From assembly GCA_004356825.1 (NCBI GenBank), contig SMXC01000249.1:21885-85884 (forward strand): a DNA stretch of 64,000 nucleotides, written 5' to 3'. Under the pieces are notes generated by a model, which was not told the origin of the DNA, made no database searches, and was given only the letters and a program-made list of their open reading frames with translations. A program made the translations under genes and the position numbers. Positions 19,940 to 30,487 of the stretch are shown one piece after another. Source of the DNA: Caldithrix sp. GTDB lineage: Bacteria; Zhuqueibacterota; Zhuqueibacteria; Oceanimicrobiales; Oceanimicrobiaceae. Numbering within the stretch: the stretch's first letter is position 1; every line of letters starts with the position of its first letter.

Positions 19940-21019
19940 TTAATTTAACTTAATTTTTATGTACTGATCTCCTTGGGAATTATTTTTCGCAATCCCCAGT
20001 CCTTTCAACCGAAATGTTTTTCCTGCATCGCTATTTGGGGGAATCGTTAACTTAACCGAATCACCATTAATCGTCTTCACTTTAATCTTGGTTCCTTGCC
20101 GGGCTTTGTTTTTGTCAATTGTCACCTCACAGTAAATATCCAATCCCTTATTTTTGAAAAACTTATGTTGTCCCACTCGAATTGTTAAAATCAAATCACC
20201 TGCAGGTTCGCCCGGCCCTCCCGGGTTCCCTTGTCCGGACAGTTTTAAATTATGGCCATTTACAGTTGCCGGCTTGATGTTTACTGAAAAAGTTTTACTC
20301 CCCCTGGTTTGCCCGGAACCACCACATTTCTTGCAGGGATCAGAAATTGTTTTCCCTTTTCCCAAACACCTTGGACAAGGACGATTCACAGCGAATGCTC
20401 CTCTCGCCATTGAAACCATACCTGAGCCTTCGCATTCCGCGCAGGTCGAAGGTTTTTGAGAGGCCCGCGATCCCGTTCCCTTACAACTTTCACAAGCGAG
20501 CCCTTTTTGAATCCTAAATTTTGCCTTGCCGCCTAGTACCGCGGTCTCAAAAGGAATTTCTAAATTTACGCTGACATCTTGACCTTTCCCCGGCCGGCCT
20601 TGAGTGCCAAAACCATTTTCTCTATCCAGTACCTGGCTAAAAAGATCACCAAGGCCGCCAAATCCAAAAAAGTCATCTAAATTGAAATCTGCTTTTCTTT
20701 TGGATCGCCGCCTGCTGCCTCCTGAAAAATTACCAAAAATTTCGCTAAGATCAATATTAACGCCCTGAGACCCAAAACCACCGCCAGAAGCTGCGCCAAA
20801 GCCATATTTTCGCATCTGGTCATACTGCTGGCGCTTCTTTGAATCGCTCAGAACATTGTAAGCTTCTGAGACCTCCTTAAATTTTTTTTCGGCCTGTACA
20901 TCACCGGGGTGTGTGTCGGGATGATTCTCTTTGGCAAGTTTCCGATATGACTTTTTTATGGCGTCAAAACCGGCGGCCTCATCGATACCTAAAATTTCGT
21001 AGTAATTCTTATTTGCCAT
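19940..21019 (-). CDS. dnaJ: Chaperone DnaJ (Hsp40).
   Basis: 359 aa. J-domain with HPD (KENHPDTHPGD). G/F-rich region. Four CxxCxGxG zinc-finger repeats. C-terminal domains present. Confidence 0.9.
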   Translation of the reverse strand: MANKNYYEILGIDEAAGFDAIKKSYRKLAKENHPDTHPGDVQAEKKFKEVSEAYNVLSDSKKRQQYDQMRKYGFGAASGGGFGSQGVNIDLSEIFGNFSGGSRRRSKRKADFNLDDFFGFGGLGDLFSQVLDRENGFGTQGRPGKGQDVSVNLEIPFETAVLGGKAKFRIQKGLACESCKGTGSRASQKPSTCAECEGSGMVSMARGAFAVNRPCPRCLGKGKTISDPCKKCGGSGQTRGSKTFSVNIKPATVNGHNLKLSGQGNPGGPGEPAGDLILTIRVGQHKFFKNKGLDIYCEVTIDKNKARQGTKIKVKTINGDSVKLTIPPNSDAGKTFRLKGLGIAKNNSQGDQYIKIKLN

Positions 21020-21194
21020 TGGTCATCAATGTGAATTCACAATCTGTCTAAACGACATTTCTTGAGAAAATATAGAAAGCATGCAATTAATATGCCATGA
21101 GAGTTAAATATTTATTTAACAAAGGGTTAGAACTGACATTCGAAAGCAAGCTGGCGAACAAATCCAAGGAAAGCACTGTCAAAGTGACATACGC

Positions 21195-21232
21195 TTTTCT
21201 TAAATAAGAAAGGCAGAGGAAAATTCTCTGCC
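21195..21232 (-). terminator. Rho-independent terminator downstream of htrA copy 2.
   Basis: Minus strand: GGCAGAG-AATTTTC-CTCTGCC (7 bp perfect stem) followed by TTTCTTATTT. Confidence 0.55.
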
Positions 21233-21263
21233 CTTAAGAATGAAACAACCTAAATGAGCGCCC

Positions 21264-22778
21264 TTACTTTTGCGGGATTTCAACGAAAACATGAACCTCT
21301 TCTTTAAATCTTATCACTGTAAAAATTGAAACCGACCCACCCTCAAGATTGGAAACAAGCTTGTATAAATGATTTTCGTTTCTGATAAATTTATTATCAA
21401 TTTCTGTAATAATGTCGTCCTGTCTTATTCCAGCCTCACTGGCTGGACTCCATCTTTGAACATCAGTAACCAGGGCACCGGAAGTGCCAGAGTAATCCAG
21501 TTCCTTAGCCATTTTACGGTTCAAATCTTTAACCGTAAGGCCTAGGTTTTCGAAATCTTTAGGAAAACTCTTTGTTGCAAAGTTAGTTTCACCCGTTTCT
21601 TTTATCCCCAAGCGGACCCTCAGCTCAACTTTACGGCCATTCCTCAACAACTCAAGAAGCACGATATCACCAGGATTTCTTTTGGCAATTATCGCCTGAA
21701 CCTGGTTGCTTTTGTTTACTTCCCGGCCTTCAATCTTAAGGATGACGTCCTTCGTCCGCACCCCAGCCCTTTCAGCCGGCTCTCCCTTTATGACCTGACT
21801 GACAAAAACACCCATTGGTCTGTCCAACTTCAAAGCACGTGCCTTCTTTTCGTCGATATCCTGCATACCAATTCCCAAATATCCCCGTTCGACTCTCCCT
21901 TTTTGGATCAAGTCGGTCATAATTTTGCTGGCAAGATTGATGGGGATAGCAAAACCAAATCCGACGCTGTAGCCAGTTTCAGTTGCAATTGCAGTATTGA
22001 TGCCAATCACCTCACCCCTGAGGTTAACCAAAGCGCCGCCACTATTCCCGGGGTTAATTGCGGCGTCCGTTTGCAAAAAACTTTCAACACCGTAAGTGTC
22101 GCTAATGATGTCTATACTTCGTTCTTTGGCGCTAATAATCCCGGCTGTGACCGTTGACTGAAGCTCTAAGGGATTTCCAATCGCCAGAACCCATTCCCCG
22201 ACTCTGGTCTTGTCAGAGTCACCTAATTTAACCACGGGCAAATCAGCCGCTTCAATTTTGACTACGGCTACCTCAGTTAGGGGATCCAGGCCGACAATCC
22301 GAGCATCAAATGCGCGCTTATCGGAAAGAATAACTCGGATTCGTTCTGATTTATCCACCACATGAACGTTGGTTAAAATATAGCCGTCTTTCGAAACAAT
22401 AATTCCGGAACCCGCGCCTCGCTGGCGGAATTCTTTAGGGACCTTAAAGCGGAAGAAACGCCGTAAATCATCGCGGTCGTGGAATCGCTCGACGTCGGCC
22501 CTTTTTATCAAACGTGTGCTTTGAATGGTAACCACGGAAGGAACGACAAGTTCAGCTATGTAAATGAATGCTTCACTTGTGCTCTGCAGATCGAGTAATT
22601 TTTGGGGAACTCGTTTTTGCGAACCCAATTGAAAATTTGGAACATTGGTTACCGGAACTACGGGGGGTGAACTTAATGAAGTTTGGGTAAGATCAAACCC
22701 CGATGAAATAATTAAACCCAACAGTAATCCAAGAAACAAAAGTAAAACGCCTAAACGAAGTGAGTGTTGTTTCGACAT
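21264..22778 (-). CDS. htrA: HtrA/DegP-family serine endoprotease with two PDZ domains (copy 2).
   Basis: 504 aa. TNVHVV, GNSGGALVN and two PDZ domains. Paralog of the 18322..19842 gene. Confidence 0.9.
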   Translation of the reverse strand: MSKQHSLRLGVLLLFLGLLLGLIISSGFDLTQTSLSSPPVVPVTNVPNFQLGSQKRVPQKLLDLQSTSEAFIYIAELVVPSVVTIQSTRLIKRADVERFHDRDDLRRFFRFKVPKEFRQRGAGSGIIVSKDGYILTNVHVVDKSERIRVILSDKRAFDARIVGLDPLTEVAVVKIEAADLPVVKLGDSDKTRVGEWVLAIGNPLELQSTVTAGIISAKERSIDIISDTYGVESFLQTDAAINPGNSGGALVNLRGEVIGINTAIATETGYSVGFGFAIPINLASKIMTDLIQKGRVERGYLGIGMQDIDEKKARALKLDRPMGVFVSQVIKGEPAERAGVRTKDVILKIEGREVNKSNQVQAIIAKRNPGDIVLLELLRNGRKVELRVRLGIKETGETNFATKSFPKDFENLGLTVKDLNRKMAKELDYSGTSGALVTDVQRWSPASEAGIRQDDIITEIDNKFIRNENHLYKLVSNLEGGSVSIFTVIRFKEEVHVFVEIPQK

Positions 22779-22782
22779 AATT

Positions 22783-23007
22783 CTAAGTTCCTGTCCTGGT
22801 TACATTCTTAAACTGGCTCCGAATTTTTTTTAGCAGGTTCTCACCCTCTTTCGGAAAAATTAGCAGGAAACCAAAAAATAATAGCGCGACACCTGGTAAA
22901 ATCGGTAAAAACAGGCCAAGTATTCCAAGCACAATTACCACAGGGATTAGCTTTTTTTTATTCTCCTTGAAATCCTTTATTTCATCGACCAAATCTTTTT
23001 TTCGCAT
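22783..23007 (-). CDS. Small inner-membrane protein (YbaN/DUF454-like LPxLPG hairpin).
   Basis: 74 aa. Charged N-terminus, then LIPVVIVLGILGLFLPILPGVALLFFGFLLIFP. Tightly packed between the STAS-kinase gene and htrA. Confidence 0.4.
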   Translation of the reverse strand: MRKKDLVDEIKDFKENKKKLIPVVIVLGILGLFLPILPGVALLFFGFLLIFPKEGENLLKKIRSQFKNVTRTGT

Positions 23008-23034
23008 TTCCCTCCCTAAGTCAGACTGCTCCGG

Positions 23035-24177
23035 TTAAGTTATTTTTAGATATTTTATCATTATCAAGCGGTTCCCACGTTTTTCATCGGGGTAATATTC
23101 TATTTCATCCATCGACCGGCGAATGATATAGAGTCCAAATCCGCCTGTTTGGGCTTTATCCATTGCATTTTTAACATCATATCGCTTCTTACTTATTCCT
23201 TCAAAGCTATATCCGTAATCTTGAATTTCAATTGTTATTTTCACAGCATCAAATTCCACCCACACATCTATCCAATTTTCAGGATTTGAATGATAGGCAT
23301 GTTCAATAACATTTAAAGAAGCCTCATAAACGGCTATCTTGGTTTTACCAACCTCTTTATTGTCAAGACCGGCCTTTTCAGCATATTCCGTTACAAAGTC
23401 GCAAATAGAATACAAATTTTTGGCGATACTTTTGACTCGTAAATGAGGTCTCTTTTTCTGATACGTTTTTTGGGGCTCAGGAGTTGCTATGACTTCCTGA
23501 GTTTTCGGAGAGGCCTGAATCGGTGGAGGTTCGGACGGTTCTTGAATTTCTTTCTTTTCAACCTTGTCGGGGTTCGGCATATGCTGGAGCTGGGCATTCT
23601 GAAATGTGCTTTCCAATTGTTCGATAACCGGATCTTCAACGATATCAACCTTTGGTGAAGCCTGGTCTTCTACAGGCGCCTTATCCCTGGCTTGCTGCGT
23701 AATTTCATCTTGGGTTGAAACGCGTGTTTCTGCCGCTGAAGATTTTCTTACTTCCTGGTCTGCAGTATCGTTAATTTCGTCCTGAGTGCTTTTGAGAATT
23801 TTATCTTCAGATACAAACGTTTCCTGAAAATCCTCTAAAGCAAATTTTTCTTCAGTTTCTAATGAAAGATAGCTAGTGGGTGAAAACGTAACCAGGTTGT
23901 TTTTAGCAGAACTAGATAAATGGGTAATTTTGACATCGCCGTTTAATCTTCGCGCCCGTGATGTGGCTTCAACTAATAAGGCAATGAGACTGGCGGTTGG
24001 AAATTGCACATTCTGCAAATCGACAATGATCCTGGTTTTGCCATCCCGAAAACAGACTTCAAAAGAATCCTGTAAAATCTGAAACACAATATGAGTGTCA
24101 TCAATATCTTCTAAAGGGATACGAACCACATTGTCAAATCCGGCAATTGGCTCATATGCAATTTTTTTAGTATCCAT
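23035..24177 (-). CDS. Fusion protein: N-terminal STAS (anti-sigma-factor-antagonist-like) domain, about 130 aa acidic/Pro/Gln-rich linker, and a C-terminal GHKL anti-sigma-factor-type Ser kinase (RsbW/SpoIIAB-like).
   Basis: 380 aa. N-terminus RIIVDLQNVQFPTASLIALLVEATSRARRLNGDVKITHLSSSAKNNL is STAS-like. C-terminus KIAVYEASLNVIEHAY...DYGYSFEG...GGFGLYIIRRSMDEIEY is HATPase_c (RsbW-type N, G1 and G2 boxes). Confidence 0.6.
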   Translation of the reverse strand: MDTKKIAYEPIAGFDNVVRIPLEDIDDTHIVFQILQDSFEVCFRDGKTRIIVDLQNVQFPTASLIALLVEATSRARRLNGDVKITHLSSSAKNNLVTFSPTSYLSLETEEKFALEDFQETFVSEDKILKSTQDEINDTADQEVRKSSAAETRVSTQDEITQQARDKAPVEDQASPKVDIVEDPVIEQLESTFQNAQLQHMPNPDKVEKKEIQEPSEPPPIQASPKTQEVIATPEPQKTYQKKRPHLRVKSIAKNLYSICDFVTEYAEKAGLDNKEVGKTKIAVYEASLNVIEHAYHSNPENWIDVWVEFDAVKITIEIQDYGYSFEGISKKRYDVKNAMDKAQTGGFGLYIIRRSMDEIEYYPDEKRGNRLIMIKYLKIT

Positions 24178-24231
24178 AAAAGATAGAACTTATTTTTTTC
24201 GAATTTAGAATCTTGCAGTTAAACGAACTAA

Positions 24232-25920
24232 TCAGTTCGTGCTAGAAACCACCTTTGGATTTATACTTTTCTCTTTCAACATTCTTCGGAGGACTTTACC
24301 AATATTACTTTTCGGCAATGAATCTCGAAACTCAACTTGCTTAGGGACTTTAAATGCGGCCAGTTTTGATTTACAAAATTCAATAACTTCTCCGGCAGAA
24401 AGCGAGGCGCCGTCTTTGCAAACCACAAAGGCTTTTACTGTCTCACCCCGGTATTCGTCCGGTACCCCAATGACTGCAGCTTCTAAAATTTTGGGATGCT
24501 CAAACAAAACCTCCTCAATTTCCCTCGGAAATATATTGAAGCCGCCAGCAATGATCATATCCTTCTTGCGGTCAACAATATAAAAATAACCATCTTCATC
24601 AACTCTGGACATATCGCCTGTATAAAGCCACCCGTCTCTTAAAACTTCTTTGGTCTCATTATCCATTTTCCAGTAACCGCTCATCACTTGCGGACCCTTG
24701 ATCGCAAGCTCTCCGACCTCTCCGTTGGGAAGGGGTTTTTTAGTCTCAGGATCAACTACCATTGCATCCGTGTTTGGCAGGGGCGTTCCAATCGAACCTT
24801 CTTTTCGCATCCCGTTGATGGAATTTGCATGAGTGACAGGAGAGGTTTCCGAAAGACCGTAGCCCTCAACCAGTGCACCGTGCGAAATTTCTTCAAACTG
24901 CCTGGCAACTTTTAAAGGTAATGGGGCGCCGCCGCTAACGCAAGCTTTAATTGAAGAAAGGTCATATTTGGATATTCCCGGAAAATTGTTAATAGCTACA
25001 AAAAGAGTCGGAACACCGGAAAACAAGGTCGCCTTTTCCTTTTGAATAGCTTTCAACAAAGTTTTAATATCCCTTGGATTCGGAATTAAGACCATCGGCG
25101 AGTTCAGCAAGACTGCCATGTGCAGACAGGTCGTTAAGCCATAACTATGAAAAAAAGGAAGCGCGCACAGAACGACCTCTTCCCTATCTTTGACCTCGCC
25201 GTACCATGTCCTGATCTGAATTACGTTAGCCACCAAGTTTCGATGAGTTAAAACGGCTCCTTTCGAGACCCCGGTGGTTCCTCCGGTATAGAGAAAAATT
25301 GCAGTGTCATCCGGTTTGACATCTACCTCGGGAATCTTGGAAACAAATTTTTCGGTGATTAAATCTTCAAAAAAATGAATTCCGGGGGCGCGATTTACTT
25401 TATACCAATTCCCCTCTTTCCTAGCCTTTAGAGGATATAAGAGTTTCAGCAAAGCGGGCAAATACTCTTGAATACTAGTTATAATGACATTTCTCAGACC
25501 CGTCTCGGGCTTAATTTTTTCTACTTTGGGGAAATGCATATCAAGGGCGATGATGGTTTCTGCGCCGCTGTTATTCAATTGATACTGAAGTTCACGCTCC
25601 ATATAAAGAGGGTTTGTCGGTACTAAAATCGCACCAATTTTAAGGACGGCAAAATGAGCGATCGGGTATTGAGGAATGTTCGGCAACATGATTGCTACCC
25701 GATCACCTTGTTTAACGCCTAATCTCATTAAGGCAATTGCAAACTGGTTTACTAATCTTCCGAGTTCAGCGTAGGTTATCTTCTTACCAAAAAATGAAAC
25801 AGCTGAACCGTTTGGTGTGTTCTCCACCGTCTGTTCAAAAAGCTGAGATAGGGCGATTTCCGGAAACTCAATTTCTGCAGGGACTTGATCTTCGTAAAAC
25901 TTAATCCAGGGCTTGTCCAT
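24232..25920 (-). CDS. fadD: Long-chain-fatty-acid-CoA ligase (AMP-binding, FadD-like).
   Basis: 562 aa. AMP-binding motif LYTGGTTGVSKGAVLTHRN. Full ANL-superfamily layout. C-terminal GKV/ILRR. Confidence 0.85.
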   Translation of the reverse strand: MDKPWIKFYEDQVPAEIEFPEIALSQLFEQTVENTPNGSAVSFFGKKITYAELGRLVNQFAIALMRLGVKQGDRVAIMLPNIPQYPIAHFAVLKIGAILVPTNPLYMERELQYQLNNSGAETIIALDMHFPKVEKIKPETGLRNVIITSIQEYLPALLKLLYPLKARKEGNWYKVNRAPGIHFFEDLITEKFVSKIPEVDVKPDDTAIFLYTGGTTGVSKGAVLTHRNLVANVIQIRTWYGEVKDREEVVLCALPFFHSYGLTTCLHMAVLLNSPMVLIPNPRDIKTLLKAIQKEKATLFSGVPTLFVAINNFPGISKYDLSSIKACVSGGAPLPLKVARQFEEISHGALVEGYGLSETSPVTHANSINGMRKEGSIGTPLPNTDAMVVDPETKKPLPNGEVGELAIKGPQVMSGYWKMDNETKEVLRDGWLYTGDMSRVDEDGYFYIVDRKKDMIIAGGFNIFPREIEEVLFEHPKILEAAVIGVPDEYRGETVKAFVVCKDGASLSAGEVIEFCKSKLAAFKVPKQVEFRDSLPKSNIGKVLRRMLKEKSINPKVVSSTN

Positions 25921-25950
25921 ATAGAATACCGGTATTGGGTTGCCTTGAGA

Positions 25951-25988
25951 GAAAAAAAAACACCCACCTAGGTTGGTGGGCGTTTTTT
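25951..25988 (-). terminator. Bidirectional rho-independent terminator ending the gap-tpiA-secG-tRNA-TPR transcription unit.
   Basis: CCCACC-TAGGTT-GGTGGG stem flanked by A9 upstream and T6 downstream. Read on the minus strand: GCCCACC..GGTGGGTG followed by T9. Confidence 0.6.
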
Positions 25989-26008
25989 AGTATTAGCTTT
26001 GTTTATTT

Positions 26009-27088
26009 TTAATAACTGCCGTATTTATCTCTATTCTTAATAAGGTCGATTTCATAATCTGCAGTTTTTTTCCAGACCCTGCTTTTTCCTGCAATTCCAA
26101 AATACTTGATGGCTTGGTTAAACTGCCCTAATTCCTTACACGCCTTACCAGCTTCGTATGCAGCGGGGGCATAATTTTTTTTATTATTTAAAGCCTCAAT
26201 CGCCGCCGCTTTGGCTTTCGAATAAGCGCTTTTTTTATTATAGGCCGCTGCCAATCGATAATGAGGACCTTCCCATCTTTTTTTCTTGGTGACCGCCAAG
26301 GCATTTTCCAAAGCCATGACGGCCTGATCCAGTTTTCCGAGTTCTATTAAACTTACCCCGAGGCTGTAGAACGCTTTGTCGTATGCAGGGTTAATTTGAG
26401 TCGCTTTCTGAAAGCTTTCAGAAGCTTTTTTATAATTTTTCTTCTTGTTTTGATAGACTTCACCAAGCATATAGTGCATTTTTGCATCCTTCGGATCGTA
26501 CTGGATCGCTTGATTGTAAACTGCAATGGCTTCATCTGGCTGGCTTAACTGGTTGTAAGTCTTTCCCAACGCCAGGTAGGCACTTGAGTATGCAGGGTCA
26601 TTATCAATTGCGGCCTGAAAAGCTGCCAATGCTTCTTTATATTTTCTCTGTTTCTTTAATGTCAGGCCTTTGCCGTAATGGGCTCGAACAAAAGTCGAAT
26701 CCAATGAAATTGCTTTGTTGTAATAATTAAGTGCTTCAGGCAATTGACCGAGTTTGAGGGCACTATTTCCGGCATTACCCGCCCTCTTAACCGCATTTAT
26801 TTTTTTCATTGTGGCGTCATCAGACTTCATTATTTTTTCAATTGCTTTAATTTCGGCTACAATCTTTTCCCGTTTTTTAATCAGGTCTTCGTATTCTTCG
26901 GGCGTAGGATTACTTTTGAGCTTTGCATCTATCTCAGTAACTTGTTTGCGCTTTGCTTGCTTTTGTTGATTCAAGTCCTGGCTTAAAGCTGTTGTGGTAT
27001 TAAACAAAAAGAAAGCTATAATTAACACTAAACCGGTAGTAATTCTAATAAAGAACTTCATAAGTACCTCCGATGGCTTAAAAGTCAT
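26009..27088 (-). CDS. TPR-repeat protein with N-terminal signal/TM and a coiled-coil N-region.
   Basis: 359 aa. Hydrophobic N-terminus (probable start MKFFIRITTGLVLIIAFF). At least six TPR repeats (ALNYYNKAISLDSTFVRAHYGKGLTL..., AIAVYNQAIQYDPKDAKMHYMLGEVY...). Confidence 0.6.
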   Translation of the reverse strand: MTFKPSEVLMKFFIRITTGLVLIIAFFLFNTTTALSQDLNQQKQAKRKQVTEIDAKLKSNPTPEEYEDLIKKREKIVAEIKAIEKIMKSDDATMKKINAVKRAGNAGNSALKLGQLPEALNYYNKAISLDSTFVRAHYGKGLTLKKQRKYKEALAAFQAAIDNDPAYSSAYLALGKTYNQLSQPDEAIAVYNQAIQYDPKDAKMHYMLGEVYQNKKKNYKKASESFQKATQINPAYDKAFYSLGVSLIELGKLDQAVMALENALAVTKKKRWEGPHYRLAAAYNKKSAYSKAKAAAIEALNNKKNYAPAAYEAGKACKELGQFNQAIKYFGIAGKSRVWKKTADYEIDLIKNRDKYGSY

Positions 27089-27123
27089 AACAATTTAAAC
27101 TAACTTAACAAAATCTATGAAAG

Positions 27124-27207
27124 TGCCGAAGGGGGGACTCGAACCCCCACTGGGTTGCCCCACACGGCCCTCAACCGTGCGTGTCTACCAAATTCCACCA
27201 CTTCGGC
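27124..27207 (-). tRNA. tRNA-Leu (anticodon GAG), type II tRNA with a long variable arm; CCA not encoded.
   Basis: Reverse complement folds as acceptor GCCGAAG/CTTCGGC, D-stem GTG/CAC, anticodon stem CACGG/CCGTG with loop TTGAGGG (anticodon GAG, G37), variable arm TGGGGCAACCCAGT, T-arm GGGGG-TTCGAGT-CCCCC, discriminator A. Confidence 0.8.
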
Positions 27208-27221
27208 AATGCTGCTCAAAA

Positions 27222-27602
27222 TTATTTTGCAGAATCCTGTGCAACGGGTTCAGGCTGTTGTGATTCGCTGGGGAGACGAGGTAAATCTCCGGTTGGCACA
27301 AATGGCAAATTGACGGCAGCCGAACCTCTTTTTTGTTGTTCCCGGCCCACCAGGCTCCGGCTTTCAACGCTGCCTCGACTGAGAAAAGAGAGAAGCAGCG
27401 CAATTCCCAAAAATCCTACAGCCAACCAGCTGGTCATTTTGGTTAAAAAATTCCCGGCACCCCTACCTCCGAAGACAGCTCCGGCGCCACCGCCGCCGCC
27501 AAAAGCACCCGCAAGACCTCCTCCTTTACTCGACTGAAGAAGAATCACAAGAATCAACCCAAAACAAACCATAATAAATAAAACCATTAATATTGCGATC
27601 AT
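27222..27602 (-). CDS. secG: Preprotein translocase subunit SecG.
   Basis: 126 aa. Two TM helices separated by a Gly-rich loop (LLQSSKGGGLAGAFGGGGGAGAVFGGRGAGNFLTKMT). SecG signature. Followed by tRNA-Leu(GAG), as in E. coli secG-leuU. Confidence 0.8.
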   Translation of the reverse strand: MIAILMVLFIMVCFGLILVILLQSSKGGGLAGAFGGGGGAGAVFGGRGAGNFLTKMTSWLAVGFLGIALLLSFLSRGSVESRSLVGREQQKRGSAAVNLPFVPTGDLPRLPSESQQPEPVAQDSAK

Positions 27603-27618
27603 TTTATTCCTTTTCTAT

Positions 27619-28389
27619 TTAGACGCTTGCTGATAATTTAATTATCTCTGTGAAACTATCGGCATCGAGACTTGCGCCGCCGACTAGAGCCCCGTCAATA
27701 TTCTCCCGGCTCATAAGCTCCGCCGCATTAGACGGTTTCACGCTTCCACCATATTGAATACGAATTTGATTTCCTAAACTTAGACTAAATAACCCGCTCA
27801 AAAGTTCACGAATATATCTATGAACCTCTTCTGCCTGATCTGGTGTTGCGGTCTCACCTGTTCCAATTGCCCAAACAGGTTCATAGGCGACGACGAGATC
27901 GCTTGCATCTTTTATTTCAATGCCCGAAAGCCCTTCCCTTATCTGCTCTTCAACAACTTTCTCAGTAAGACCGTTTTGCCTTTCTTCAAGCGTTTCGCCT
28001 ACACAAAACATAGGTATGAGGCCGTTTTCGAGTGCTTTTTTCACTTTTTGATTGATTTCGTTGTTTTTTTCGCCGAAAACATGCCGCCGTTCGGAATGCC
28101 CGATTACCACATATTGACAACCGGCATCTAACAACATCTTTGCAGAAACCTCACCGGTAAAAGCCCCCTCATCTTGCCAGTATAAGTTCTGTCCACCTAT
28201 TTTTATATTAGACTCTTTCAGTATCTCATTTACCGGCACCAAAGCCGGAAACGGCGGGCAAATAACCACGTCGACATTTGCGACGTTGATTAACTTAACT
28301 TTCAAAGCTTTAGCAACATGGATCGCTTCGCTGGGCGTTTTGTACATTTTCCAGTTACCGCCAATGATCAGTTTTCGCTTCTTCATCAA
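27619..28389 (-). CDS. tpiA: Triosephosphate isomerase.
   Basis: 256 aa. GGNWKM, catalytic IGHSERR and the AYEPVWAIGTG motifs. Confidence 0.9.
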   Translation of the reverse strand: MMKKRKLIIGGNWKMYKTPSEAIHVAKALKVKLINVANVDVVICPPFPALVPVNEILKESNIKIGGQNLYWQDEGAFTGEVSAKMLLDAGCQYVVIGHSERRHVFGEKNNEINQKVKKALENGLIPMFCVGETLEERQNGLTEKVVEEQIREGLSGIEIKDASDLVVAYEPVWAIGTGETATPDQAEEVHRYIRELLSGLFSLSLGNQIRIQYGGSVKPSNAAELMSRENIDGALVGGASLDADSFTEIIKLSASV

Positions 28390-29544
<1,155 letters not shown>

Positions 29545-29588
29545 GTAGAAATTTGTTCACAAAAAATGCCGGAAATTTAGCTGCACTA

Positions 29589-30299
29589 TTATAAAGTAAC
29601 CGCTGCAGTTAAGGCAAAAATCTTTGCAACTCCCGCACTTTCAAGAGATTCGGCACAAGCCAGCATGGTGGAGCCGGTTGTCAAAACATCATCAACGAGA
29701 ACAACCGTTTTTCCTTTTATAGCGGATGAATCGATGACCCTAAAAGCATCTTTAACATTCTGCTGCCGCTCAGAAGCATTCAGCTGTGATTGTGGTCTGG
29801 TAAACCTAATTCTCTTCAGTACTTTTTCTTTCACGGGAATATTGGTTAGTGTAGAAATTGCTTGAGATAACAGCAGGCTTTGATTGAAACCCCGCTCTCG
29901 AAGCCTTGTCTTATGAAGCGGCACCGGAATAATTAAATCTACCCCGCAGTAGTCCTTATCATGTGTCATTAAATCTGCCAGCTCCCTGCCGACGAATTTT
30001 GAAAGAGATTTCTTGCCGAAAAATTTTATTTCATGAATGATCTCCTGAACTGCCTTATTAAACTCCCAAACTGCGAGAAATTTGGAAATCTGTGACTCGG
30101 CAAAATCCAAATTAGCCCTGCTGCGTTTTTGGTTTTGAGCATTGTCAATTTTAGGCAGACGATGCCAGCAGGTTTTGCAAATCAAGGTTAAACCGGACTC
30201 CAATCTGGTCTTGCAAATTATGCAATAAGGTGGATAAATAAAATTTAAAACAGCGTCAGAGTATGGCTGTGCCCATTTGTAGATAGGTGCCCAGTTCAT
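29589..30299 (-). CDS. comF: ComF-family phosphoribosyltransferase-domain protein (ComFC-like).
   Basis: 236 aa. N-terminal Cys4 zinc-finger (CIICKTRL...CKTCWHRL). C-terminal PRTase motif VVLVDDVLTTGST. Confidence 0.75.
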   Translation of the reverse strand: MNWAPIYKWAQPYSDAVLNFIYPPYCIICKTRLESGLTLICKTCWHRLPKIDNAQNQKRSRANLDFAESQISKFLAVWEFNKAVQEIIHEIKFFGKKSLSKFVGRELADLMTHDKDYCGVDLIIPVPLHKTRLRERGFNQSLLLSQAISTLTNIPVKEKVLKRIRFTRPQSQLNASERQQNVKDAFRVIDSSAIKGKTVVLVDDVLTTGSTMLACAESLESAGVAKIFALTAAVTL

Positions 30300-30487
30300 T
30301 TAAAATAGAGGCTCATTTCAAATAAAGTTAGAGAAGTCTATTCTAAAATTCAACTTAAATCAAAGTACAAACAACTCGCACAAAACATGTTTCCAATTTT
30401 GAAAACTTAATTGAGAAAATTACTTTGGAAAAAACACGGCCATCCGATAATGAAATATAGGCAACAACATTTACTTGGTAAATCATA

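Noticed and set aside
27181-27537. Plus ORF (118 aa, Pro/Ala-rich) and minus ORF 27185..27403.
   Set aside because: They overlap the tRNA-Leu gene and secG. They are antisense or out-of-frame products of the Gly-rich secG loop.
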